IMG/VR virus record: IMGVR_UViG_3300012964_000003
Location: 1 to 64,000 of that record
DNA length: 64,000 bases
Strand: one strand, 5' to 3'
DNA from: a virus
Part shown: positions 24,359 to 34,585 of the stretch, piece by piece
Position numbering within the stretch: position 1 is the first letter of the stretch
Layout of the letters: each line of letters opens with the position of its first letter
Notes under the pieces: model-generated
Seen by the model: the letters and a program-made list of their open reading frames with translations, nothing else
The model's database searches: none
What the model was told of the DNA's origin: nothing
Position numbers and translations under genes: made by a program

Positions 24359-25792
24359 ATGTGGCCTCATTGGACACCCAACAAGTCACAGGTGCCGTTT
24401 GTCTCCTCACCGGTGAAGTTCCGGTGCTTCAATGGTGGCTTCGGAGCTGGCAAGACGTTTGGCGGTGCACAGGAGGCCTGGGCTGCCTGTCGGGCATTCC
24501 CGGGCAGCCTTGGCCTCATTGTTGCGCCAACGTACCCAGAGCTGCGTGACTACACACAGCGGACGTTCTTCTCCCAGCTGACCCTTCCAGATGGTGCACC
24601 TTGTGATGCCGACAATATCACCAAGCATCCGCTCGTGGAGAACTTCAACAAGTCTGAGCAGACGCTGAAGCTGGTCAATGGCTGTGAGATATTCTTCCGC
24701 TCTGCAGACAAGCCCAGCAGCCTCGTAGGGAGCACGGTAGACTGGTTCTGGCTTGATGAGCCCGCCTCCTGTGCGGCAGTCACGTGGAAGTATCTCCAAG
24801 GTCGGCTCCGGGGAAAGGTCGGTCCACGCAGGGGCTGGTGTACCGGCACCCCCAAAGGATTCAACTGGGTGTACCGGGAGTTTGCCGAACGCCCCCGCAA
24901 GGACCATGCCCTCTTCACGGCATCAACCATGGACAACGCCGAGAATCTGCCACCGGACTACATCGCCGCGATGCTTGAGTCGTACACAGGCGTCTTCGCA
25001 AGGGGGAACATCTATGGCGAGTTTGTTGGCTTTGAAGGACAGGTCTACGAGTTTTCTCGAAGTGTGCATGTCCTGCCTTCAGACTGGCAACCCGCCCCCG
25101 ATGTGCCTGTGGACCGCGTGGCAGACTTCGGTACCAACGCCCCAACTGTGTGGCTCTGGGTGCAGGAGATTGCTGGTACCGTCTACATCTTCGACGAGCT
25201 TGAGGTCCGGCGACAGCCAGTATCAACCATTGCCCAGGAGGTTCTCAGCCGATGGTTAGGCCTGCTCCATGGGCAGGACTTTGGAGACATCGCCGGTGCA
25301 CAGCACGACTCCAACCTACAGAGCTTCATAAGCAACTACGCGCGCGAGGGCATTCGCATCCGCACACGGTTCGGCGGAGCTATCAAGGCCGGCATTGAGG
25401 TTGTGACGCGGTTTCTCAACCCCTCTGCAACCATCGATGGTGCCCTGCGGCCCCGGCTCCTTGTGCATCCCCGGTGTGCCCGTCTGATTGCTGCCTTTGA
25501 GACGTATCACTGGCCAGAGGACAAGGATGGCAATCCGGTGGGCGACGAGCCAGAGAAGGATGGCGTAAGCGACCATAGCATGGATGCCGTGAGGTACTGG
25601 TTTGTGAATCGGCATCCGGAGCAATTCCGGCGTATTCCTATCTTCTCGGCACCGGTTGCCGGTCAGCGGTCCTATCAGCAGGGTGCACCCTCCATCACAC
25701 AACGAGCCAACCCGTTGCTTCCGCCCTCTGAGGTGGAGCGCATGGGGATTGTGGGAGCTGCAACCCAGCTCAGGCGAGCGTATCCAAACTAG
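24359..25792 (+). CDS. terL: terminase large subunit
   Basis: Walker A FRCFNGGFGAGKT, Walker B-like VDWFWLDEPA, and a C-terminal nuclease region with DHSMDAVRY. The start is uncertain; the track ORF begins at 24149. Confidence 0.85.
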   Translation: MWPHWTPNKSQVPFVSSPVKFRCFNGGFGAGKTFGGAQEAWAACRAFPGSLGLIVAPTYPELRDYTQRTFFSQLTLPDGAPCDADNITKHPLVENFNKSEQTLKLVNGCEIFFRSADKPSSLVGSTVDWFWLDEPASCAAVTWKYLQGRLRGKVGPRRGWCTGTPKGFNWVYREFAERPRKDHALFTASTMDNAENLPPDYIAAMLESYTGVFARGNIYGEFVGFEGQVYEFSRSVHVLPSDWQPAPDVPVDRVADFGTNAPTVWLWVQEIAGTVYIFDELEVRRQPVSTIAQEVLSRWLGLLHGQDFGDIAGAQHDSNLQSFISNYAREGIRIRTRFGGAIKAGIEVVTRFLNPSATIDGALRPRLLVHPRCARLIAAFETYHWPEDKDGNPVGDEPEKDGVSDHSMDAVRYWFVNRHPEQFRRIPIFSAPVAGQRSYQQGAPSITQRANPLLPPSEVERMGIVGAATQLRRAYPN

Positions 25793-25909
25793 GAGGTGGA
25801 TGTCGTGTCATTTGATGTTGTGGAAATCATCTTGCTCGCGGTCATTCTGGCAATTCTCATCTTCAGACGGTAAGGAGATGACCGCCTGTCCTGGCGAAGG
25901 GGAAGGTGG

Positions 25910-26437
25910 ATGAACGGAGAGACGGACGAGGAGCTCGGTGGCTGGACCGTGGACACTCTGAAGGAGTACGTGGACCAGCGTCTGGCCGACAACAGAGAGA
26001 CCATCGACAAGAATGAGGCATTCAATGCCGAGCGGTTTGCGGCCTCTCGGAAAGCGGTTGACACTGCTTTCGAGGCAGCAAAGGAGGCGGTTCTCAAGTC
26101 GGAAGCATCGGTCGAGAAGCGGTCGGATGCGGTGTACGTCACCCTCATCAAGCTCCAGGAGTCTCTCGCAGCGGTCATGCCTCGCGTTGAAGCAGAGCAA
26201 CGGTTCAAGGCTCTGAACGATTCCAAGACCGAGCTCAAGGATATCACCACTACTCTTGCGAGTCGCCGAGAGCACGATGCCCTTGTAGAGAAGATGAACG
26301 CTTTCGAGACACGACTTACGACTACCGAGGGCATCCACAAGGGCTCGGACATCACAATGGGCAAAATCTATGGCGCCATTGCTGCCTCAGTAGGACTCAT
26401 CTCCATATTCATCTTCTTGCACGACAAGTTTTCCTGA
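25910..26437 (+). CDS. hypothetical coiled-coil protein with a C-terminal transmembrane segment
   Basis: 175 aa. C-terminus IYGAIAASVGLISIFIFL. Confidence 0.5.
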   Translation: MNGETDEELGGWTVDTLKEYVDQRLADNRETIDKNEAFNAERFAASRKAVDTAFEAAKEAVLKSEASVEKRSDAVYVTLIKLQESLAAVMPRVEAEQRFKALNDSKTELKDITTTLASRREHDALVEKMNAFETRLTTTEGIHKGSDITMGKIYGAIAASVGLISIFIFLHDKFS

Positions 26438-26523
26438 GAGGGGTGAAACTGGGTGGACCTCAAAACCCTCCTCGTCATTCTTGTGGTGGTCGTCGTTGTG
26501 ATTGTCCTCCTCAGACGATAGCA

Positions 26524-26706
26524 ATGGCAATGGCGACAGAGGCCTGGCAGAACGTCCGTGTGTATCTGCACAACGACGTTGTCTGTCCAGGGTGTGGTGA
26601 CCCAAACTGCCATGTGCTTGTGAGACGACGCCAGTCAACTCCGCCAGACACCCTTGAGTGTCCGCGTTGTGTGTTGCGTAGGTTGCACCCAGAGGAGTAC
26701 AGCTAA
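26524..26706 (+). CDS. small zinc-ribbon protein
   Basis: Internal Met of track ORF 26443..26706. CPGCG...CPRC. Confidence 0.35.
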   Translation: MAMATEAWQNVRVYLHNDVVCPGCGDPNCHVLVRRRQSTPPDTLECPRCVLRRLHPEEYS

Positions 26707-28280
26707 TGCCAAAGTTGCGAGACCGCATAGCTCGTCTGCTTCTCGCCAATACGCCTTCGCCTGTGGAGAAGCCATCAGAAGATGACAAGGCTGCCCAAGA
26801 AGCGGGGAGCTATGTCTCGCCATGGTTTGGCAAGGTTGATATGCGCATTGGCACATACAACCGCGACCGCATCCCGCAGAGCACCTATGACCTGATGGAA
26901 TGCGACCCCATCATCGCCCTCGCGCTTGAGATTCGGACGCTGGCGCTAGTGGGGATAGACTGGTCGGTCAATGGGCCCAACCCGCGCGTCAATAAGTACA
27001 TACAGGCTGTCCTAGAACCCATCATGCCAACCATCATTCGCAACTGTGCCCACCGGGGAGCCGCGCGTGGTTGTGCCCCTGTGGAGCTGGTCTGGGAGAG
27101 CGCCCCCTCCGTCATCTCCTACATGCCCACAAGTGGGCGGCCAGCGACCAGTACCGCGCCCTCCCCGGTGACCGTCAACATGGCGGATGAGATTCCGGGT
27201 AGTGCGGAAGACCAGCCCGCTACAGACAGAGGCCCCGGCACCCCGACAATCAAGCCCAGTGAGATTACGGAGACCGTCACGGGCTATCGCATTGCCAAGT
27301 TCAAGCCTCTGTCGCTGACACAGGTGTACGAGATACTGATGGACGGCAACGAGAACTTTGCCGGCTTCCGGTGTGTCACCCCCAACGTCGACCTGCGAGT
27401 TGAGGAGGGCAGTTGTTTCCTCTTCACGCACAATCCTTGGCCCTCTCTCTCACCGTTCTATGGTCAGGGGGACTTCAGGCGCGTGTATGATGCCTGGTAT
27501 CGTAAGCAGTTCCTTGATGACTGCTACCTCAACTATCTGCAGCGGTTCGCCACGCCGACCACCATCGTGACCTATCCGGAGGGGGCAACGGCTGACGGCA
27601 CCAACAACAAGGACGTGGCGGACAGCATCGCTCTCCAGCTGACTAAGGGTGGCGCGGCCACATGCACGCTCCCGGCAGCTTTGTCAGACGAACCACAGTG
27701 GTCTGTAGACTTCAAAGAACCCCAGAACGCCAGGAAGCTCTACGATGATGCTCTCAACTTCTACAATCAGCAGATGCTCCGAGGAATGCTCATCGGTGAC
27801 AAGATGGTCACCTCAGTCGGGGCAGTGGGTAGCTATGCACTGTCCCAAACACACTTCGATGTCTTCATTCTGGCAGTACAGGGCCTACTGGCTGAGATAC
27901 TCAATTCAATCAACAAGCAGCTGGTACCATTGATTGTACGCTACACTTTCGGACCAGACGAGCCCTCTCCTATGGTTGAGTCTCCAGGTGTCTCTGACCA
28001 CAACCGTGAGGTTCTGGAGCAACTGCTTGTTCCGGCCCTCCGTTCGGGCAGCATGCACATTGATGTCTCCTCGGTGGCTGACAGGCTTGGTCTGCCGATT
28101 GTCTCGGCCACCGAGCGGCCAATGCGTAGCAATGTGGTGGTCAACCAGCCCACCAATCCCTCTCAGGGAACACAGCCCATGAATGCGGAGGAGCAGGCTC
28201 GTGCTGCTCTAGTCCAGCTTGCCGAGGCAGCTCAGGCACTGCGCTTGACCTTGGCTGGTGAGACGGATGCCTTGGACTGA
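26706..28280 (+). CDS. portal protein (putative)
   Basis: 524 aa, located between TerL and the MuF-like head-morphogenesis gene. Assignment is by size and synteny. Confidence 0.6.
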   Translation: MPKLRDRIARLLLANTPSPVEKPSEDDKAAQEAGSYVSPWFGKVDMRIGTYNRDRIPQSTYDLMECDPIIALALEIRTLALVGIDWSVNGPNPRVNKYIQAVLEPIMPTIIRNCAHRGAARGCAPVELVWESAPSVISYMPTSGRPATSTAPSPVTVNMADEIPGSAEDQPATDRGPGTPTIKPSEITETVTGYRIAKFKPLSLTQVYEILMDGNENFAGFRCVTPNVDLRVEEGSCFLFTHNPWPSLSPFYGQGDFRRVYDAWYRKQFLDDCYLNYLQRFATPTTIVTYPEGATADGTNNKDVADSIALQLTKGGAATCTLPAALSDEPQWSVDFKEPQNARKLYDDALNFYNQQMLRGMLIGDKMVTSVGAVGSYALSQTHFDVFILAVQGLLAEILNSINKQLVPLIVRYTFGPDEPSPMVESPGVSDHNREVLEQLLVPALRSGSMHIDVSSVADRLGLPIVSATERPMRSNVVVNQPTNPSQGTQPMNAEEQARAALVQLAEAAQALRLTLAGETDALD

Positions 28281-29319
28281 AGGGGACGTTGACAAGCACA
28301 TCAAGGGGCTCTCCCCAGAGCAGAAGGCCGTCTGGGTGAAGGTTGCCAACCATGTTCTCAAGGACTGTCTGGCTCGCAACGGGACAGACTGCGAGGGCAA
28401 GGCAATTCGCATCGCCAATAGCACGGCTAAGAGCCATATACAAGGCGAGGCACTGAAGGCAGCCGAGGAGATTCTTCTGCAGGCAGACATGCTTGGGTAC
28501 TGGCGCGCGCCAACGCCCAAGGAGATTGTCTATGGCGACCTGGACCGGGTGCGCAGCGAGTTTGACCGAGCCGAGGTCATGATGACAGAAGCTGGCGCAC
28601 CGCTCGTGAAGCGAATAGTCAAAGAGGTCATGGCACAGGCGTTGGCGATGGTCAAGGCTGACAATGTGCGCGGATTGACAACTCTTACCGCACCACACAC
28701 AGGCGCTCTTGCTGCTGCGTTTCGTAAGCAGGGAGCGAGAGTTGTGGAGATGGGGCGGCAGCAGGTTCTGCAGGCGCGCAAGCGATGGCAGGGGAGAGCC
28801 TTCGCGATGCCTCGCAAGCGGCCACTGCCAGGTCTTTCGGCCCTCGGTGGGGCATTGGATGCTCGGTTTGACATTGATGCCGAGCGGGTTGGCGCAGACA
28901 TTGTCAATGCAGCCCGGACCTCTGCCATGAGTCTGGAGGCATGGTGGGACCGGTTTGGCGGAACACAGGTTCGGCAGGTCACATTCAAGACGCTGGAGGA
29001 ACAGGCACGGATAGCGGGTCTGAGGTCATTGACAGCGGTTGCCGTGGCTCAGGGGCGACAGGCCTACGGGTATGGACGATTCATTGCGATTGAAGAGGTC
29101 ATGGATGACATTGCTTATGTCATCTCCTCTGCAATTCTAGACCACAACACATGTGACTGGTGTCGCGCTCAAGATGGCCGAGAGTTCCCTCCCGAGGCAG
29201 CGTTGCAGATACCATGGGCTGAGTGCGAGGGACAGCAGTGGGGTAACACCTGTCGCTGTGGAGCGATAGTTGTCTTCAAGACAGAATGGGCCAGTAAGCC
29301 ACTAGGAGGAGAAGAATGA
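28258..29319 (+). CDS. head morphogenesis protein, Phage_Mu_F / SPP1 gp7-like
   Basis: C-terminal ILDHNTCDWCRAQDGREF matches the MuF D..TC..C...G signature. Confidence 0.7.
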   Translation: MRRMPWTEGDVDKHIKGLSPEQKAVWVKVANHVLKDCLARNGTDCEGKAIRIANSTAKSHIQGEALKAAEEILLQADMLGYWRAPTPKEIVYGDLDRVRSEFDRAEVMMTEAGAPLVKRIVKEVMAQALAMVKADNVRGLTTLTAPHTGALAAAFRKQGARVVEMGRQQVLQARKRWQGRAFAMPRKRPLPGLSALGGALDARFDIDAERVGADIVNAARTSAMSLEAWWDRFGGTQVRQVTFKTLEEQARIAGLRSLTAVAVAQGRQAYGYGRFIAIEEVMDDIAYVISSAILDHNTCDWCRAQDGREFPPEAALQIPWAECEGQQWGNTCRCGAIVVFKTEWASKPLGGEE

Positions 29320-29753
29320 CGACCATCAAGTGTCCGAAGTGTCACGGAAGAGGAAAGCTCTTTGGTCGTACGTGCACAACCTGCAAGGGCGAGGGGGAGT
29401 TGACGTCTCCCCCGAAGGACCTGGATGGAGTGGTGCTGCCCGAGGCTGTTCCTCCGATGGGCACGACGGCCGAAGCTGCGCCAATAATGAAAGACATCAT
29501 CAGACAGGCCAGGGAGCAGCTCGCAGACCCGGTGGGAGCCGAGAAAGAACTCATCGTGGCAGCCGCCATCAAGCTCGTCACCTCTCGCGATGACCCATAT
29601 CGCCATGAGGAATGGTGGCGGGCGGACCACTTGTGGTGCTTCTTCTGTGGAGCCAACATCGAGTTCGGTAACGAACACGCTGAGACCTGCCCTGCAGCAG
29701 CATTAGACCGTGCCGTTGGCGCGCTCTGGAGTACTGCCGGTATCACTGCATGA
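29316..29753 (+). CDS. zinc-finger protein with DnaJ-type CxxCxGxG repeats
   Basis: CPKCHGRGKLFGRTCTTCKGEG. Confidence 0.45.
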   Translation: MTTIKCPKCHGRGKLFGRTCTTCKGEGELTSPPKDLDGVVLPEAVPPMGTTAEAAPIMKDIIRQAREQLADPVGAEKELIVAAAIKLVTSRDDPYRHEEWWRADHLWCFFCGANIEFGNEHAETCPAAALDRAVGALWSTAGITA

Positions 29754-29768
29754 AAGGAGGGTTGTTGC

Positions 29769-31176
29769 TATGAAGGAAAACCAACCGCTATATCTGGTGG
29801 GTCTGCCACTCGTTGGCAATCCCACTCCGGAATTGGTTGCGGTCTTCCCAGTTGGCGTCTGGGAGACGGACAAGTATGGCAAGGTGGACCTGTCACGCAG
29901 ACGTTGCGACCAGATAATCGCCAACTTCAGCAATGACGTCATGCACAGACAGGTGCTTGTGGACCGCAACCACGAGTTCAAGGAGTCTGCGGGTTGGGTT
30001 CAGCGTCTGGGATACGGCACATACATCCTGGATGGCAAGACGATGGCTGCTGTTGTAGCCCAGATTGAATGGACGCCACTGGGTGAGCAGCTGCTAGGAG
30101 ACAAGTCCTATCGGTATGTCTCTGCTGCAATTGGCGACTACACCGACCCGGTCAGCAAGAAGGCATATCACAATGTGCTCAAGGCTATCTCGCTCACCAA
30201 TGTGCCGGTGATGCCTATTCCCCCCATCGGAGACGTCTCCGTTTCCGAGGAGGGCCAGGAGCAGCCAATCCTGGAAGAGGAAGAGATGCCTATGCCGGTC
30301 TTGCTCTCTGAGTTGTTCGGGATGGAGCCTCCCGAAGAAGGCGAGGAGGAGCCATCCGAAGACCCTCCCGCAGAGGAACCTCCGGCTGAAGAGCCGGTGG
30401 AGATGGCCACGACCAAGAAGGAGGCCGATGGGGAGCACCCTGCGAGTGATTACGCCTATGTTCCAGATGCAAGCGAGCCGAGCACCTGGAAGCTCCGCAT
30501 CGACGACGCCGGGCACGTTGGGGGCGCAATTGCCGCTCTCGGCAAGGGGTACCGGGGGAACAAGGCTCAGATTCCTTCAGCCGACCTAGGAGCGGTCAAG
30601 CGAAAGGTAATCGCTGCGTGGAAGAAGTTCCACCCGGATGAGGACGCGGAGAAGTGTCCTCTCAAGATGTGTAAGGAAGAGGACGAGGAATTGGACTCAG
30701 AACAGGAAGGAGGGACCAGTATGCCAACCGAGGATGAGGTGAAGTTGGCAGAGGAGAAGAAGCTGGCGGAGGAGAAGCTGGCCGAGACGCAGAAGCAGCT
30801 TGAGGAGGCCACTGCAGAGGTTGCCACCTACAAGGCTCGAGAGTTGCAGGCGCACATGGCCAGTCTCGCCTACGACCAGCCCACGCTCGACAAGGTCAAG
30901 AAGCTCTGTCTGGCCGAGTCGGCGGTCGAGGTGCAGTTTGCTGAGGGTGGGCCGAAGCTCACACTCGCGGATGCAATTCTCGACATCCTCGAGAATGCCA
31001 AGCCTGTCCACGTCGACACCCAGACAGCTCCGAAGCCACCGGATGCTCCCGGTGAGCAGGCGAAGGAGCTGAATGATACCCAGGAGCAGATTGCTCACTC
31101 ACTGGGCATCGACCGTGACCCCGAGCTGATGGAGGACTACCGCAAGCGGGTGCTCGCTGAGACGCCTGCTGCATAG
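29769..31176 (+). CDS. putative prohead protease/scaffold protein, Mu gpI-like N-domain plus acidic linker plus coiled-coil
   Basis: Start MKENQPLY after GGAGGG. N-domain followed by an EEPPAEEP acidic linker and KLAEEKKLAEEKLAETQKQLEE coiled coil. The Mu-I similarity is tentative. Confidence 0.45.
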
Positions 31177-31205
31177 CCTCACTCTACACAGGAAGGAGGA
31201 CCAAC

Positions 31206-31640
31206 ATGGCCGTCACTGCTGTTCCGCTCACTGCGGACAGGGACATGACCTATCGCGGCGCGATGCATTACACCGGCGCGAAGGCCAAGGCGAACACCGC
31301 CATCTTCGCCGGTAGTCTGGTCAGCCGAGATGCCTCCGGGTACATCTGCCCGGCTACCGATGCCACTGGCTACACGTTCGCCGGTATCTGTCGGACCCAT
31401 GTCAACGCGGTCAACGACGGGACGCACCCCACTGTGGAGCTGATTCAGGACGGCGACCACCTGTTGCCGTTCAACAGCAGCACCATCACAGAAGGAAGCG
31501 CGTCCGTTGCCTGCTACGTTGCCGATGACAACTCGGTGGACGTGGCGGGTGAGACCGCAAACGACCTGCAGTGCGGCGTGCTTGTCGAGTATGTGGACAG
31601 CACGCATGGTTTCGTTCGTATCGACGGCTACGCCAAGTAG
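31206..31640 (+). CDS. head-associated protein, possibly a DUF2190-type decoration protein
   Basis: 144 aa directly upstream of the major capsid gene. Assignment is by position in a Mu-like head module. Confidence 0.35.
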   Translation: MAVTAVPLTADRDMTYRGAMHYTGAKAKANTAIFAGSLVSRDASGYICPATDATGYTFAGICRTHVNAVNDGTHPTVELIQDGDHLLPFNSSTITEGSASVACYVADDNSVDVAGETANDLQCGVLVEYVDSTHGFVRIDGYAK

Positions 31641-31669
31641 CCCTAGTTGACACAAGGAGGTGACATGAC

Positions 31670-32617
31670 ATGCCAGTGTTTGGGACTTCAATGATTCAGG
31701 ACGCGGACATTCTGAAGGGGGTGTTCGAGGGCTTCCGCGCGCTGTACGACAAGCAGTTCGCGCTTGCTCCTCCCTTCAACTTCGCGCCCTATGTCGTTGA
31801 CGTTCCGGCCACAACCTACCTCATGAACTATGACTGGCTGACGGACATCCCGGCGATGAAGCCATGGGTTGGTAACAAGAAACTGCGTGACTCCATCTCG
31901 GCGCATGTGTACACCGTCAAGTCCATCATGTATGAGGCCACGCTTGTGGTCGAGAAGCGCGACATCGAGACCGACCAGCTTGGCATCTACACTCCGCAGG
32001 TTGCCATGCTGTCAGAGGAAGCCAAGAACCATCGGCTTCGTCTCTTCGCGGAGTGCATGGAGGCCAATGCGAATACCTTCGATGGCGTGGGGCTGTTCAG
32101 CACGGCCCACCCGAAGGACCGCACGGACCCCGCAGGCGCAAGCACCTACTCCAACTGGGGTAGTGGTGCGCTGAGCCTTACTGCTCTGCAGACGGCCCGC
32201 ACCCAGATGCGCAAGCTGACGGATGCGGAGGGACGACTTCTGGGCATCATGCCGGACACCCTCATGGTGCCGGTGGACCTGGAGGACCTGGCCAATCGGT
32301 TGGTCTACACAACCGGCCCCAACCAGTCGTTCCCTGGGTCGGCCATCAACGACATCAACCCCATCCAGAGATGGGGCATGGGCGTTGTGACCAACCCGTA
32401 TCTCTCTGATGCCAACAACTGGTATCTCATCGATACGGGCAAGCCCATCAAGCCGTACATCTACCAGCACCGCGTGGACCCGCACTTGGTCCCGCTCATC
32501 GACCCCAGCTCGGAGCCGGTGTTCATGCGGAACCAGTTCCTCTACTCTGTGGAGGCGGACTACACGTTCGTGCCTGGTTTCCCGCAGGTTATCTACGGGT
32601 CCATCGTCGCCACATAG
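31670..32617 (+). CDS. major capsid protein, Mu gpT-like
   Basis: 315 aa in the canonical position after the protease/scaffold gene. Overall resemblance to Mu-like major head subunits. Followed by hairpins. Confidence 0.65.
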   Translation: MPVFGTSMIQDADILKGVFEGFRALYDKQFALAPPFNFAPYVVDVPATTYLMNYDWLTDIPAMKPWVGNKKLRDSISAHVYTVKSIMYEATLVVEKRDIETDQLGIYTPQVAMLSEEAKNHRLRLFAECMEANANTFDGVGLFSTAHPKDRTDPAGASTYSNWGSGALSLTALQTARTQMRKLTDAEGRLLGIMPDTLMVPVDLEDLANRLVYTTGPNQSFPGSAINDINPIQRWGMGVVTNPYLSDANNWYLIDTGKPIKPYIYQHRVDPHLVPLIDPSSEPVFMRNQFLYSVEADYTFVPGFPQVIYGSIVAT

Positions 32618-32632
32618 GCCCGTGCCTCAGGA

Positions 32633-32660
32633 CAGACGCTGGTGGCGCTACCAGCGTTCT
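32633..32660 (+). terminator. putative terminator hairpins after the major capsid gene
   Basis: ACGCTGGT-GGCGCT-ACCAGCGT followed by TCTCGT, and a second hairpin GGTCTG-N6-CAGACC. Confidence 0.3.
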
Positions 32661-32738
32661 CGTCCCGAGATTCGTGTTCGGAGGGTCTGGGCGCTCAGAC
32701 CTTGCGAAGACAAATAACGGGCGAGGGGAGGGTTACTC

Positions 32739-33107
32739 ATGGGAGTGGTAGTAGACAGCAAGAAGACGAACCCGTATGGAACCACATCGGCCTACGTTAC
32801 CGTTCCGGGGTCTACTGTCAACACGGTTCTTGGCGGTGATGACAGTCTGTCCATCACGCTGAAGAACACGGCAGGAACAGGAACCATCAACTGGAAGGTA
32901 ATCGCCACGAACGATGACCTTGCCCCTGGCGTAGACATCAACCCAGCTGTTCACGCTACAGTCGAGGTCAAGGCTGAGGCAACCTTGGCATCTGGGGCGG
33001 CCACTGGGTACGAGGAGGATGTTACGGGGTACAGGCACTATGCAGTGCAGGCCAAGGACAGCACCGGCCCGGCAACGGTGGTCGCAAACCTTCTGGTGAA
33101 GGGGTGA
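32739..33107 (+). CDS. hypothetical structural protein
   Basis: 122-aa ORF. Confidence 0.45.
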   Translation: MGVVVDSKKTNPYGTTSAYVTVPGSTVNTVLGGDDSLSITLKNTAGTGTINWKVIATNDDLAPGVDINPAVHATVEVKAEATLASGAATGYEEDVTGYRHYAVQAKDSTGPATVVANLLVKG

Positions 33108-33274
33108 TACGATGACTGACTCCAGGGCTGAAGCAACCCCGACCGCAACGTTGCGCGCGGTCATCAAGCGTGCAGACGGACGAGTGGAAGACCTGGGAAT
33201 CGTCGCTAGCACCGGCTCTATCAAGCGGAATCGTTGGCGTGCCGCATGGCGACGCCTGGTGAGGAGGTAACAAC

Positions 33275-33643
33275 ATGGGAACTATATTCACAGACGCAGG
33301 AGAGGGATTCATTGCCGACCTCGTCGATGGCGGCAGCAGCAAGCCAGCGAACTACTACATCGGTTGGGGAACCGGAAGCACGCCGGCAGCCAAGGGCGAC
33401 GCTGTCATTGAGGGCGAATCGCCTCATGAGAGTCGTGCTAGTGCCACCTTGTCTCAGCCCAGCGCCGACACTAATCGCTTTGTCGGTACCATCCAGTGTG
33501 CCACGTCTGGCAAGACGATTGCGAATGCGGGTGTGCTGACGGCATCCGCCAACGGCGCGCTCGTCATCCATGGCGACTTCACTGGCATCGCACTCAACGT
33601 CGGTGACAGCATCCAGTTCACCTATGAACTGACCTACAGCTAG
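33275..33643 (+). CDS. hypothetical structural protein
   Basis: 122-aa ORF. Confidence 0.45.
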   Translation: MGTIFTDAGEGFIADLVDGGSSKPANYYIGWGTGSTPAAKGDAVIEGESPHESRASATLSQPSADTNRFVGTIQCATSGKTIANAGVLTASANGALVIHGDFTGIALNVGDSIQFTYELTYS

Positions 33644-33760
33644 TAGGCTGCCATATCTTCGCTATACGTAAGTGGTGCTTCCAAGTATTGGTGTACGACT
33701 TCTGGTACATCCGAAACTTGGGAAACCATCAACTGCGGTTCATAGGGGAGTAAGGGTGCC

Positions 33761-34054
33761 ATGGCAACACTCAACGTCAAAACTGAATATGGCGCTCACG
33801 GGGATGGGGTTACTGATGATACCGACCACATCAATTCGGCCATAGCGGCAGCGGCATCGGGCGATGTCATCTACTTCCCTGAGGGCACTTACCCAGCTTC
33901 AGCCGGTGTCACGTGCGTGACCGGCAGGAGCTTTCTTGGTGACGGACCTGACAAGTCATGGATTAAGGGTGGATTACGATGGCAGGCCCATGTCAATCTA
34001 ACTGACATTGCTATTGGCACTGATACACAGGGAACGGCAGAGGCCACCCCATAA
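33761..34054 (+). CDS. short protein carrying the N-terminal pectate-lyase-fold motif (YGAHGDGVTDDTDHINSAIAAAASGDVIYFPEGTY); possibly a fragment
   Basis: This motif normally opens beta-helix glycosidases or tailspikes of several hundred aa. Here the ORF stops after 97 aa. Confidence 0.4.
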   Translation: MATLNVKTEYGAHGDGVTDDTDHINSAIAAAASGDVIYFPEGTYPASAGVTCVTGRSFLGDGPDKSWIKGGLRWQAHVNLTDIAIGTDTQGTAEATP

Positions 34055-34148
34055 GTACCATTGGTCAACTTGACAACCTCGGTGGGTGCTGTTGCGGTGC
34101 GGAACGTATTCCCCTTGAACTGAGGCCCTTGGTCAGCATTGGTGACCC

Positions 34149-34505
34149 ATGCGCTTCACCGACAATGTGTTTGTAACGACCTCCGGGACCAACATCGGTC
34201 TCTATGACGACTCAACCAAAGTTGAGACCAACTCAATTACTAATCCTGGGTACTCAAAGGTGCCACGGGCATTAACATATCCTGTCCCTAGTCGGCCCTA
34301 CGCTAAGAATGCCAGCATCACCGCTGTTGACTTCTTTGGAGGAACGGTCTTCATCAATACAACAGATTCTGCGGCTGATGTGGATGCCACTGGATATCTC
34401 GACCTTGATGGCGTGGCACTAGGGACGGTTCCTGTGCCTGCTAACGATTCTGTTGTTGCCCTGAAGGATTACGGGCCAGGCATGCTGCTTACCCTAGCTG
34501 GATAG
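34149..34505 (+). CDS. hypothetical protein, possibly the continuation of a disrupted beta-helix gene
   Basis: 118 aa, in a different frame from the upstream 97-aa ORF. Confidence 0.35.
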   Translation: MRFTDNVFVTTSGTNIGLYDDSTKVETNSITNPGYSKVPRALTYPVPSRPYAKNASITAVDFFGGTVFINTTDSAADVDATGYLDLDGVALGTVPVPANDSVVALKDYGPGMLLTLAG

Positions 34506-34585
34506 AGGGTGAAGGCTGATGACAACATACGGATTTCCTCGTATTGCGTCTTATCTTCCATAGAGTCTCGTAACAGGAGGGCACC

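Noticed and set aside
25789-26364. Minus-strand ORFs of 176-191 aa opposite the 25910..26437 gene
   Set aside because: They are antisense to a gene with a good RBS and a coiled-coil/TM architecture. Their composition is Ser/Arg-rich.
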